64,000 bases of DNA from Eledone cirrhosa. Taxonomy: Eukaryota. The DNA lies in assembly GCA_964016885.1 (NCBI GenBank), contig OZ024743.1:26970001-27034000 (forward strand), given 5' to 3'. Below the pieces are notes generated by a model. It searched no databases and had not been told where the DNA came from. It saw only the letters and a list, made by a program, of their open reading frames with translations. Positions 37,145-48,555 of the stretch are shown here, piece by piece; position 1 is the first letter of the stretch, and each line of letters opens with the position of its first letter. The position numbers and the translations under genes are program-made.

Positions 37145-37872
37145 AACAGTTTCAGACTTAGGCACAAGGCCAGCAATTTTGGCGGAGGGCGAAGTAGATT
37201 AAATTGACCCCTGTTCATTTCTGGTACTTTATTTTATCAACCCCGTAAAGATGAAAAGCAAATATTAACCTCAGCGGGATTTGAACTCAGAACATAATGG
37301 GCCGATAATAATAATGGTTTCAGATTTAGGCAGAAGGCTAGCATTTTTTTAAGGGGGGAAGGGGGGGAGTCAATTAAATCAGCCCCAGTGCATTACTGGT
37401 GTTTTATTTTATTGATCCCGTAAGGATGAAATGCTAAGCTAACCTCGGCAGGATTTGAACTCAGAACGTAAAGAGCCGATAATTAATAATGATTTCTACT
37501 TTAAGCACAAGGCCAGCATTTTTGGGAGAGGGGAAAGTCGATTAAATCGACCGCAGTGAGTGCTTTATTTTATCGATCCCATAGTGTTGTGGCTATATGG
37601 TGACTGAACAAAAATATGTTAAAAACCTGTGAATATAGTAACCAAACAAAAGCATGACTTTTGAAAGTTATGATTTTGTAATAATAATAATAATGATAAT
37701 AATTGTTTCTACTTTTGGCACAAAGCCAGCAATCATCCCAGTGTATTACTGGTACTTTATTCTATCGACCCCGTAAGGATGAAAGGCAAAGTTAACCTCG
37801 GTGGGATTTGAACACTGAACGTAAAGGGCCGTAACTCTATGCTGAAAAGCATGGCGTCAGACCCTCTACCGA
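37145..37872 (-). mobile_element. Cluster of four SINE family A copies in the same orientation
   Basis: Repeated TTAGGCACAAGGCCAGCA...TTTATTTTATC...GGATTTGAAC units separated by short (AAT)n. Confidence 0.8.
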
Positions 37873-37927
37873 TAATAATAATAATAGTAATGAAATTATT
37901 GTGTACAGTGCTCAGGTGCACTACAAC
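37873..37927 (-). mobile_element. CR1 3' tip (about 55 bp)
   Basis: (AAT)n-GAAATTATTGTGTACAGTGCTCAGGTGCACTACAAC matches the CR1 3' ends at 5874-5940 and 11140-11192. Confidence 0.8.
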
Positions 37928-38347
37928 AGAGCAAGAGGTAACTGTAAGAGGAAGAGATAACTGTAAAATACCTGTTGAACAAATGGGATACTAAATGTTA
38001 TTGAAAATATTTTTTTTAAAAAGATACCATATGTGATTGAAAATATTAATTACATCTGATCTGATATTTGTAGGAGACTTAACAAATGTGATTAGTTGTG
38101 ACACAAAACTGTTATCAAGATATCTTCCTACCAAAATATATTACATAGAAAGAGCATAAAATAAGCTTTAAAATTATACATAATTTTACACACCTTGCAT
38201 AAGTTATTTTTGTTAAAAATGTTTAAAAAATAAAAATATAAAACCTGCATTAATTTCTGGACAACTCAATGCCAATATTTATTATATCTGCTTCATATTT
38301 CAAAATAATTTTCACAAAACTAAAAGCATTTATTTAATATTGGTGTT

Positions 38348-38820
38348 ATCATCATCATCATCATTTCATTTTACGTCCGCTTTTTCCCTGCTTGCAAGGG
38401 AGGGACGGGAACTGATTCTGGCTTGATTTCTACAGCTGGATGCCCTTTTGCAGTGGAATGATATGGACCCCAGTCCCTATCATCCCATTTTTACAGCTGA
38501 GTAAACTGGAGCAATGTGAAATAAAGTGTCTTGCTCAAGGAAACAACACATCACCTGGTCTGAGAATTCTCACAACCTTTCGATTGCAAGGCCAATGCTA
38601 TAACCACTAAGCCATGTGCCTATATATCTATATCATTGTTTTTACTTTTGGCACAATGCCAGCAATTATCCCAGTGTATTACTGGTACTTTATTTTATTG
38701 ACCCCGAAAAGATGAAAGGCAAAGTTAACCTCGGTGGGATTTGAACTCAGACCATAAAGGGCTGTAACTCTTTGCTGCAAAGCATGGTGTCCGACCCTCT
38801 ACTGATTCTGCCAATCCACC
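38348..38820 (-). mobile_element. SINE family B (internally deleted) followed by SINE family A
   Basis: Reverse-complement matches to 36025-36352 and 40376-40562. Confidence 0.82.
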
Positions 38821-39029
38821 ATAATAAAAGACAAGCTAATCTCCGTCTGTCTGTCGATCACAACATATATGTAGAAGGGAGGAAGGGGAGGAGAAAAAGT
38901 TGTTGTTGACAAAGAAATACATCTGTCATATATTGCTGGTTCACAGACATCCTCTCCAAGAACAGGGCCAAATTTACACTGATATTATTGATTTTTATCC
39001 CCTTCATTTCTAGGACTTGTCACTGGTGT

Positions 39030-39245
39030 ATATGACAAGGAATATGAACTAATACTTCACACCCATAGAACCCTCTTATTTAGTAATGGTAGTATATGGG
39101 TAAAAAGATCTGTCCAAGAAAATTCCTTTGATGTCTCCATGGGGTCCTATGACACTGCTGATATTTGTAATCTTATTGGCTTATACATTCTTCATACACT
39201 AATGTCTAAGTTCCCCAACCATGCCTTTGGTTTATACCAAGACAT
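39030..39245 (+). mobile_element. Penelope-like RT core fragment (same group as 47035-48312 and 61965-62830)
   Basis: Translates RTLLFSNGSIWVK...FDVSMGSYDTADICNLIGLYIL...FGLYQD. Confidence 0.75.
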
Positions 39246-40006
39246 TGATCTTTCATTTTCACATGATTATTAACAAATTGCTGAGCTATGTTTCATATCA
39301 CTTAAAAGGTTATGGTTCCACCATATATAAAGTTTGCAAAAAGAAAATTAGTTTTTGGAATGACAGATATGTTTAATTTAACTAAAATGGTGCCTTTCTT
39401 CTCTAGATGTACTTACTTTGCTTAATGGTTAATCCAGTTCTGCCCAGGGATAAGCATTGACCTTTAAAAGCCTTTAAGAATGAATTAGAGCATAGAAGCC
39501 ATATACATACGTTTTATTAATATTTCTATTCTGGCTCATTTATTATGGTTAGCCTCCACTATTGCTGTGAATGAGTGTAGCTCTTCTCTGGTAAGATGAA
39601 ATATTTAATGTACTGTAAGTCAATTTCTATAAAGATTGGCCAATCATGAGGCGATAAAACAAATGTGAATGGAGAAAATCATTAGATTAATGCATTGCAT
39701 AGCAATAAAACAGCAGAAATACTGCCACAGATCAACAGCAATATCAATAACAGAGGCAACAACAGCAATAATACCAATAGCAGAAACAACAATAATAGTA
39801 ATATTTATTACAGCAATAACAGCAATAACAACTACATATCCATCATTGCAGTAACTACATTTTTTTTCTTACATTTCAGCACAAAACAATATCTCCAACT
39901 GAAACAATACTACTACACCTCCCCATCATATCTGCTATTACTTTTAAGTTCCTCTCATTCTTTCTCTCAATATAAATATATAATAAAAGTATTGACGAAG
40001 ATATAT

Positions 40007-40066
<60 letters not shown>

Positions 40067-40093
40067 CTTCGTCAATACTTTTATTATATATTT

Positions 40094-40235
40094 AGTCCAG
40101 AATTAGCCGTCGAAACGGCTTGAGCTCAGCCGTCGGGGTCCTACTCGTTCCTATTACCCACTCTACTACCCCAAGTATTGAGTACTTTGGTGCGTTATGG
40201 TCCATCTGGTTCCTTACCACATTTCCTTCGTTATA
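40094..40235 (+). mobile_element. Short PLE-pLTR-like element carrying the 3' half of a hammerhead
   Basis: GAAACGGCT-TGAGCTC-AGCCGTC (stem III + GUC); near-identical to 48627-48766 on the minus strand; ends in (TA)n. Confidence 0.6.
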
Positions 40236-40278
40236 TACATATATATATATATATATATACATACACATGCACACACAG

Positions 40279-40310
<32 letters not shown>

Positions 40311-40375
40311 CATCATCACCATCGTTTAACGTCTTTTCCACGCTAGCATGGGTTAAACTCATCAACATTATATGG

Positions 40376-40562
40376 GCGTTGAATTGGCAGTATTGGTAGA
40401 GGGTCGGACACCATGCTTTCCAGCATAGTTACGTCCCTTTACGGTCTGAGTTCAAATCCTGTCGAGGTTAACTTTGCCTTTCATCCTTACAGGGTCGATA
40501 AAATAAAGTACCAGTAATGTACTGGGTAATTGCTGGCCTTGTGCCAAAAGTAGAAACAATTA
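40376..40562 (+). mobile_element. SINE family A, complete
   Basis: A/B boxes, body and 3' end all present. Confidence 0.88.
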
Positions 40563-41161
40563 TATATATATATATTGGTAAACGGAATAGAAAATGCTGA
40601 CAAATTGTTCACAGTTGAAAAATGGTTTAATTAGGAATAAAAGAGTATTAGTGATTGTATGGGTTAGTATTCAGTTGTGGTTTTAAGTTTTTAAGTTTTT
40701 ACCGGTTGCGCATTTCTAAATGCTTTTCAAAAATAATTTTGAGATAGAGTGTCCGTGTTGTTTGCTCTGATCTGATTAGTTTTGGGAATTCTACCTGTTT
40801 TTATGTAAAAAAAGTGGCTCCAGCGTTACTTTGGTGTTGCAAAAATTCTTGTGGTCAAAACAATTTTGATTGGTCGGTAGAGGTCATGTGAATGTAAAAA
40901 ATTGATTTTGCGCCAAGACTGTTTTTATGTTAAAAAAGTGGCTCCAGCGTTATTTGGTGTTTGCAAAAATTCTTGTGGTCAAAACAATTTTGATTGGTCG
41001 GTAGAGGTCATGTGTATAAAAAATTGGTTTTGCGCCAAGATTGAGAAATTACTCTTTCACAACAAATATGTGTGTGTGTGTGTGTGTGTGTGTAGTAGTA
41101 GTAAGGTGTTCGATGTTGTGATAATGGTTAGCAGGGATGTGTGTCAAATGGCTATTAAGAT

Positions 41162-41201
<40 letters not shown>

Positions 41202-41554
41202 CAGAGTAATTCGTGGTAGTAGGGATGGTCAGTAAGAATGTGTTTGAAAGCAATGGGGCGTATTTTAGCATGTCAAAAGATATTTTTCAGCTTTTGTCTT
41301 ATACGGAGAAGTGCGTGTGTGTGTGTGTGTGTGTGTATAAGTCTCTTTGTATGTTAATGTACGCGTGTGTATGTGTGTGTGTATATATGTGTGTGTGTGG
41401 GTGGGTGGACCAGTATTTTTTTCCCCCTGGTAAAATGGTGTACATTATTCGATTTTTTCAGTAAAATCGGTTCTCTTAATAGAACATCAAAAATCTTAAC
41501 AATAAAAGGTGTGAAATGATATTCACTACATATATATACACACATACATATATT

Positions 41555-41635
<81 letters not shown>

Positions 41636-41676
41636 TAACAACAAAGAGCGCTTAGAACATAGGTATATCTTTAATT

Positions 41677-41720
41677 GCTAACAGTGTTTCGTCCACACTA
41701 GAAGTGGGACTCTTCAGAGC
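41677..41720 (-). ncRNA. Minimal type I hammerhead ribozyme (PLE pLTR type)
   Basis: Minus strand: GCT-CTGAAGA-GTCC(CACTTCTAGTGT)GGAC-GAAAC-ACT-GTT-AGC. Core intact, stems I-III can pair, NUH triplet GUU. Confidence 0.75.
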
Positions 41721-41819
41721 ATAAAGAGTAAATACATAGTATACAAGCATTGACAAAGCCAAAACAGAAGAATATATGTGGGGATACCATAAGTAGTTTA
41801 AAGAGTAAAGTAAAAGGAG

Positions 41820-42250
41820 TAAAATAAAAATAAAAATAAAAATAAAAATAAAAATAAAAATAAAAATAAAAATAAAAATAAAAATAAAAATAAAAATAAA
41901 AATAAAAATAAAAATAAAAATAAAAATAAAAATAAAAATGAAAAATAAGAAATGTTATCACTCACAGTTGGGCAGGGTTCCGTTAACATACAGCTACATA
42001 CAAGTATACGCATAAGCATGAGCACCCGCATGCACCTACACACAAGCACCCGTATGCAACACATACAGTATACACTAATACAAATAACATATCATAGACG
42101 GATGGGCACAAGTTAAGAGATAGAGATAGATAAAAAATAGATAAGAGGTAGATAAAAAATAGATAAAAAATAGATAAAAAATAGATAAAAAATAGATAAA
42201 AAATAGATAAAAAATAGATAAAAAATAAAAAATAAAATAAAATAAAATAA
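41820..42250. repeat. (AAAATA)n tract (41820-41938) and (AAAAAATAGAT)n tract (about 42125-42222)
   Basis: Read directly from the sequence. Confidence 0.9.
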
Positions 42251-42924
42251 AATAAAGTAAAGTAAAATATACACCAGAAGATAAATAAAACAATACACCA
42301 AAAAAAATGGAGTAAAATATACACCATAAAGGAAGGTGTGGGTAAAGATAAGACTGGCAAATGCATAAGCTATCAAGCTATGTTCAACAAGTGATATACG
42401 TACAATATATAAAAAAATATATACAAAAATATATATAAAAAATATATATAAAAGAGACGTATATATAAGGATATATATATATACACATATCAGTCCAAGT
42501 AATGCATATTTATAAAAATGTAACTGGGGGTAAAAAGATGTAATAAGGGTAATCAAGATGGTAATTATTAGGGCATGTAATAATAATATTATTATAGAAA
42601 TCCTAAGGTGACACTAGTGTTGACTCATGGTGATATATGGAATATATCAGGAGCACACGAACGCCTTAGGTGTTGCAGTTAGCCGCAGTTCAACAATAGA
42701 GTGTTCGAATGAGATTTTTTATGAACAGATGCCATGTCCGCACTAGATTGAGTGGACCATTACAATGCAATGGAAACATCCCAGGTTGGACAGTCCCAAA
42801 AGTTCACACTCCAAAGTTCAATCCACAGGTGTGCATTCATAGAGTTGAGCGGTTGGGCAATCCCCAAAAGTTCACACTCCAAAGTTCAATACACAGATGT
42901 GCATTCATAGAGTTGAGCACTCAG

Positions 42925-43125
42925 GCAAGATCCCAAATTAGAATACGGGAATACAGGAAAATACCACTGAGTGAACACATTGATACCTGTGCCGCCCAAA
43001 ATCATCCCAACTTCAGAATCTTTCCCCTCTACAAATTTAAAGATAATGCCACCCACACCCAGCGCATCAGCAAGGAATCTTACTTCATTAACAAATACGG
43101 ACCCCGTCTAAACACTTCTCCCTAA
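42925..43125 (+). mobile_element. PLE GIY-YIG endonuclease C-terminal fragment
   Basis: RSQI...PLSEHIDTC...RISKESYFINKYGPRLN matches the PLE endonuclease ending (H...R..E..FI....P.LN). Confidence 0.65.
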
Positions 43126-43240
43126 GACGAACCCACAACACACGTAAACAAACATACCTACATCAGCACACATCTCCACCCACATATAAACACAATGACA
43201 TACGTAAACACACATGCTCTATGGTGCAACACAGAAAAAA

Positions 43241-43375
<135 letters not shown>

Positions 43376-43774
43376 GTGAATGTATGTATGTGTATATATA
43401 TGTAGTGAATATCATTTCACACCTTTTATTGTTAAGATTTTTGATGTTCTATTAATGTTCTATTAATGTTCTATTGATGTTCTATTCACTATGTATATAT
43501 ATATATATATATATAGCGTGAAATTAATAAACATTTATTGTACTGCCTCTCTGTTTTGTCCCTGTTTAAATATATATATATATATATATATATATACGGA
43601 TTAACAAATAATAGTTAAATGCAGTCCACTTAGGTGAAGTCCAGATATGGTATTCCAGGTAGTGGATGATATTAACGCTTGGCTTGGTTTGACTCAACAA
43701 GGCGTTTTCATAGTGATGCTGCGGGTATGCCGTAATTCCTATGTTGTAAACACTTGGAGTAATAATAAATCAGG

Positions 43775-44140
43775 TGTAGCGGTTGTCTCCCTTGTTTTGA
43801 TTAGGATCTAGACGGGAAGTGGAACCCTTTCTGCAACTTCCGGTCAGAGCCCTATAAAACTAACAACTTTAAGCTTCCTTTCTCTCTTTGCCTTTTCGGC
43901 ACCAGGTCAAGAGTCTTCTCATTTGGCTCTGCCATTAATTTGGCCAACAGGCGCCTGGCCTTAGCCAGGCGCCCTCTGCCAGCCGCGTTTGCCTGGCAAT
44001 CAAAACGGTAACTACTAACTTTGTTTCATTCTAACATCTATCTTTGACATGTCAAGTATTCTATCTACCGTTAATTAAATATTATATACACAAACCATGT
44101 CTCGTTTTGTTACATTCATACAACCAGTATCCTCGCTATA
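43775..44140 (+). repeat. 5' LTR (366 bp)
   Basis: No differences seen by eye versus 45741-46106; contains TATAAAA. Confidence 0.95.
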
Positions 44141-44141
44141 T

Positions 44142-44160
44142 TGGTGACCCTGACGTGATT
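44142..44160 (+). promoter_or_regulatory. Primer-binding site complementary to the tRNA-Trp 3' end
   Basis: TGGTGACCCTGACGTGATT versus animal tRNA-Trp 3' end AATCACGTCGGGGTCACCA (1 mismatch; tRNA sequence from memory). Confidence 0.85.
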
Positions 44161-44430
44161 GTAGTTGGTACCCCAAAGCGGGTAATCCACCCTGATACCA
44201 GGGCACGTGCTACAGTCTCAGCCGTCATGTCTTGTAAAGGGATGGCCTCAGGCCATCTCGAAAAACGATCGACACACGTCAATATGTATGAATATCCACT
44301 GCTGAATGGCCAAGGTCCAACGATGTCAATGTGGATGTGTTGAAACCGGGCATCTGGAGTGGTGAAAGTACCAAGTGGAGTCCGGATGTGTCTATGGATC
44401 TTCGATTTCTGGCAAGCGATACAGGAACGG
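44150..44430 (-). pseudogene. Gypsy integrase fragment, antisense to the LTRs
   Basis: [10 protein letters not shown]...[11 protein letters not shown]...[18 protein letters not shown]...[13 protein letters not shown] (end of HHCC plus start of the DDE core). Confidence 0.9.
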
Positions 44431-45740
44431 CAAAAAAAAAGAAAAAAATAGCACATCTGGTTTTGTGAGTAACATTACGAATACACAGCAAATTTAGCGA
44501 CAAACTATGAAAATACTCAAGGACACGCACACACGCACATGTGGAATTCGCACAGACACACTTTTTCTCTCACGCATCAATTAACTGTCGCATTTCACCA
44601 ATATATATATATATGTTTCTCGTTTCTTACAACGAACACTTTCAAAACAAAAAAAAACATTTCACGATATATATATATGTTTCTCGTTTCTTACAACGAA
44701 CTCTTTCAAAACAAAAAAAAAAAAAAAGAAATTTGATATTCTTTAAAAAACATTTCAACAGGAACATTTATTTTCGATGAACCATTGCCTTTTGTTCTTC
44801 GTTTTCTTCATCGTTCAAGTTTTTTGTTTTTTTCCAAAGTTCACACCTATAATTATGCTGATTGAAGCCTTTCTTTTTCATCATTGTCACTTTCAAAATT
44901 GCACTATCATTTTCTCGCGCGTTAGAAATATTTTTTTTTTCAACCTTGCATTGGCACGTGTAGGCAGCATAAATTCTCGATTCACTGAGATGTCTCTACT
45001 CACAGACAGCCGCACGCCATTTATCACCAGGGATTCTTCAGCCTTAAGCTATATTCTTCTATTTGCCGGTTTATAAATTTACAATGTAAATTTACCGTTG
45101 ATAACCGCGCATTTATTAAGAATGCTTATTTCTCTGGTCGCTGGCCTCTTGACCCTTCCAGGTCAACGCATTCTCAACATCGACCATCAACTTCGGCTGC
45201 TATTTCTAGCACTTTGCGCAACTCATTTTTTTCTAAAAAAAAATTTTTTTACTGTGAATTTAAACACCGAATACGCTCACTCAGCGAGACAACAGCAGCA
45301 GCAACAGCAATATAACAGCAACAGCAATACATCAACACAGCTTCACCAAAGCCAGAGAATTTATTTTTGCAGCACTCTTCCTGTGAGAAAATCCATTCGG
45401 AGGTTGGAAATTTCACGATATACCACAGAACAGAAACCACCTGCATTCATTCTCTGGAACACACTTTCTTTCCTGCTGTCATGTGATTGCACACCTGTGA
45501 ACTATATTTTGAACTTTGAGCTCTTCTATTACTTTTACTTTATTACATTGTATCTTTGGGTGATGGATAGATGGATGTCCAGTCGTTCTCTGGCCAAGAG
45601 CGGTTGGCTACCTTGATATCTATCATTGATTTTTCCAAACATTCTTTTGTCGTAATTTTCATGCCTGTTACAACATTCTCGCCAACTTGCTACATATTTT
45701 CATTTCGATTTTTATACGCTAAAATTCTGGCGGGAGGTTA

Positions 45741-46106
45741 TGTAGCGGTTGTCTCCCTTGTTTTGATTAGGATCTAGACGGGAAGTGGAACCCTTTCTGC
45801 AACTTCCGGTCAGAGCCCTATAAAACTAACAACTTTAAGCTTCCTTTCTCTCTTTGCCTTTTCGGCACCAGGTCAAGAGTCTTCTCATTTGGCTCTGCCA
45901 TTAATTTGGCCAACAGGCGCCTGGCCTTAGCCAGGCGCCCTCTGCCAGCCGCGTTTGCCTGGCAATCAAAACGGTAACTACTAACTTTGTTTCATTCTAA
46001 CATCTATCTTTGACATGTCAAGTATTCTATCTACCGTTAATTAAATATTATATACACAAACCATGTCTCGTTTTGTTACATTCATACAACCAGTATCCTC
46101 GCTATA
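45741..46106 (+). repeat. 3' LTR (366 bp)
   Basis: Direct repeat of 43775-44140, followed by CAGG. Confidence 0.95.
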
Positions 46107-46153
46107 CAGGAAAGAAGGTTTACATGGTTTGCTATACAAAAAAGTTTTTAATC

Positions 46154-46268
46154 ACATAGCTTACATTTGTTTCACTGAACTGGTATGTCTAGAGATCGCT
46201 ATCCGCTTAATTTTGCGTTACTCGATCGCCAATACAGAATTATAACCAGTCAGATCTTCGGAGCATGC
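46154..46268 (-). ncRNA. Hammerhead-like motif with CCGAAGA core and long stem II (pLTR copy)
   Basis: Reverse complement of 48391-48505; same sense as the PLE ORF and downstream of it. Confidence 0.6.
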
Positions 46269-46663
46269 GAGAATGAAGAAAATACACAGGCAAGAAAAGA
46301 AAAGAAAATACACGCTACTATATGAAGTAGTAATGGCATTCAATTAGAACAATAACAACAATTACAACAATGCTATCAATAAATTATTTAAGGAGACCCT
46401 GACATTACTTAGGTGGGGGTATATAATGTATCTAATGTTACGGCGTGTAAAACTAGCTGTCATAAGGCAAAATGAAGCGTTGGCATGTACAAAGTATCGT
46501 AGTGTATATCAATTTTAAATTATAAAGATAAGCTAGTTTTTACAGTCTTTCTCTTCATCTTCAACAGTATACATGAGTGGGACCACTGTCAAAGCTAAAT
46601 AGTTGTAGAGTTAAAACAGAGGTTAACGAATTAATATACGCATATATTTACGCACACACACAT

Positions 46664-46714
<51 letters not shown>

Positions 46715-47034
46715 TACACATGCATGTGTACATAGACACATACATACACATCAATATACACTCGTACAAAAATATACATACATGCAAAGAGAAAAGCGTG
46801 CTAATTGTAATTATGGCAAAAAGAAGGTAAAGTAACATTGTAGTAGTGAAATGAGAAAAACTAGGATTTAGGATCAAATGATGGCAGCAGCTGAGAAGGA
46901 GTAAGATTGTTGGTAGATGAGGTACTTACAGACAATTGTGTGGTATAGACTTGTGAAGGATATAGTATACTTAATGAATATATTTCTGTGGGTAGTAGGT
47001 ATCCTAATTTAAAGCTATGTTATGTTGGTTCGAT

Positions 47035-48312
47035 TCACGGAGGTTTGAATCTTATGAATTTAGTGGCTATTCTATGTCTGCAGAAGATAGATCTTTCTAA
47101 CTTATTGTTAAGTAGCCTTTTAACATTTCTAAGGATATACAATAGCTCAAGATCACATAGCCCGCAATAGGACATCCCTGTACTATAGGTTTTAGCAGCC
47201 GACAACTTCGACCAGTTGATACTGTAGTTAGTGTTGCTGTCCTTCAATTCCCATATTTTTCTGGCGAGGGTGGTGGAACCCATAAGTGCACGGTTTTTCA
47301 TTGAGTGCCTGTGCACATACCATCTTTTCTTAAAAGAACCCGCGGTGGATCCTATGTAATTCCAGGTGGAGTTACCCGAGATGACAGTGCACATGTACAC
47401 CAGGCTCGAATCGAGACATCTGTTCGCCAATGGGCACCTATCTGGGAGGTGACAGTTACAGTTTGAGGCGCTATTTTGTGCAGCTTTTACATTCCTGTTT
47501 AGTACTCTGTTATAAGTGGGTTGTGATATATGCCCAATGGGGTTTTGCTGCTGCGCGTTTGTATGCGCTTGTGGTTGTGATGTTGTGATGAGTTTGTGCT
47601 TATGTATAGGTGCAATTGATTTACTAGAGATATTTCTGTGGTTGATCTTGCGTATGTGTGATTCTATGTTAGCTGCTGTTGAGAATGAGAGTTTTATAGT
47701 AGATCTATTGAGTATTTTGTGATATCTATGCGAGATAGGGAAGTGTTTATCTATTAGTTTAAAGAATGTAGAGGGCAGTCTAGTTTTTATAGAGGAGTTG
47801 AATATTGGGTTGAACCATAGGTATTTTCTTTGTCTGTTTCTTCTATTGTTTCTTGGGTTTACGTTATTAGTGTTTTGGCCGTTTACTCCAGGTGTTACAT
47901 GTCTAACCCTATGTCTAGTCAAGCTATTCCTATTATTATGTGAGCGGTTGGAGTAGTAATTACTAGGATTGTTTATGTTGTCCTTATTCACTATATACTG
48001 CAGTTTATCTTTATGACCGGCCCTACTTAATGCTGCATTATAATAGTCAGCATGCTCGTTAAAGATTTCTAGGTTTGAGGATAAGCGGGATATTCGGAGG
48101 GATATACTACGTGCTATGGATTTAATTATGGATTTGGGGTGATTTGAGTTGTAACTAATGTAGGCATGATTTTCATTATTTTTGTGGAAAGTATTTATTA
48201 ATCCAGTATTTAGATTTAGAGTTACATCTAGAAAATTTACCTTCTTATGGTTTAGTTCGTAGGTAATACTTAGGCCTAGTTTTTTGAAGAATATTCTAAT
48301 ATTTTTCTGAAT
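47035..48312 (-). CDS. PLE polyprotein C-terminal part (RT thumb + GIY-YIG endonuclease); open frame, 5'-truncated
   Basis: KVNFLDVTLNL, SNHPKSII, WFNP, CNC...CPL..C, LVY...YIGST...FKKRW..H, CGLC..E, LN..LE....CRH. The frame stays open upstream of the listed 47991 start. Motifs resemble the Hydra group of PLEs. Confidence 0.85.
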   Translation of the reverse strand: MQKNIRIFFKKLGLSITYELNHKKVNFLDVTLNLNTGLINTFHKNNENHAYISYNSNHPKSIIKSIARSISLRISRLSSNLEIFNEHADYYNAALSRAGHKDKLQYIVNKDNINNPSNYYSNRSHNNRNSLTRHRVRHVTPGVNGQNTNNVNPRNNRRNRQRKYLWFNPIFNSSIKTRLPSTFFKLIDKHFPISHRYHKILNRSTIKLSFSTAANIESHIRKINHRNISSKSIAPIHKHKLITTSQPQAHTNAQQQNPIGHISQPTYNRVLNRNVKAAQNSASNCNCHLPDRCPLANRCLDSSLVYMCTVISGNSTWNYIGSTAGSFKKRWYVHRHSMKNRALMGSTTLARKIWELKDSNTNYSINWSKLSAAKTYSTGMSYCGLCDLELLYILRNVKRLLNNKLERSIFCRHRIATKFIRFKPP

Positions 48313-48390
48313 TAATTGAATGCCATTACTACTTCATATAGTAGCGTGTATTTTCTTTTCTTTTCTTGCCTGTGTATTTTCTTCATTCTC

Positions 48391-48505
48391 GCATGCTCCG
48401 AAGATCTGACTGGTTATAATTCTGTATTGGCGATCGAGTAACGCAAAATTAAGCGGATAGCGATCTCTAGACATACCAGTTCAGTGAAACAAATGTAAGC
48501 TATGT
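48391..48505 (+). ncRNA. Hammerhead-like motif with CCGAAGA core (inverted pLTR copy)
   Basis: GCATGCT-CCGAAGA-TCTGACTGGT...ACCAGTTCAGT-GAAAC-AAAT-GTA-AGCTATGT. Confidence 0.6.
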
Positions 48506-48555
48506 GATTAAGATTAAAAACTTTTTTGTATAGCAAACCATGTAAACCTTCTTTC

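Larger units (their letters stand above)
43775..46106 (+). mobile_element. Non-autonomous Gypsy-type LTR retroelement (2332 bp)
   Basis: LTRs 43775-44140 and 45741-46106 (TGTAGCG...CGCTATA), CAGG TSD (43771-43774 and 46107-46110), PBS, purine tract GGCGGGAGG before the 3' LTR; no gag/pol in sense. Confidence 0.95.

Noticed and set aside
46428-46570. Two degenerate hammerhead-like strings (CTAATGT...AAACTAGCTGTC on plus; TTGAAGA...AAAACTAGC on minus)
   Set aside because: Multiple core mismatches; explained by a 12-bp local inverted repeat.
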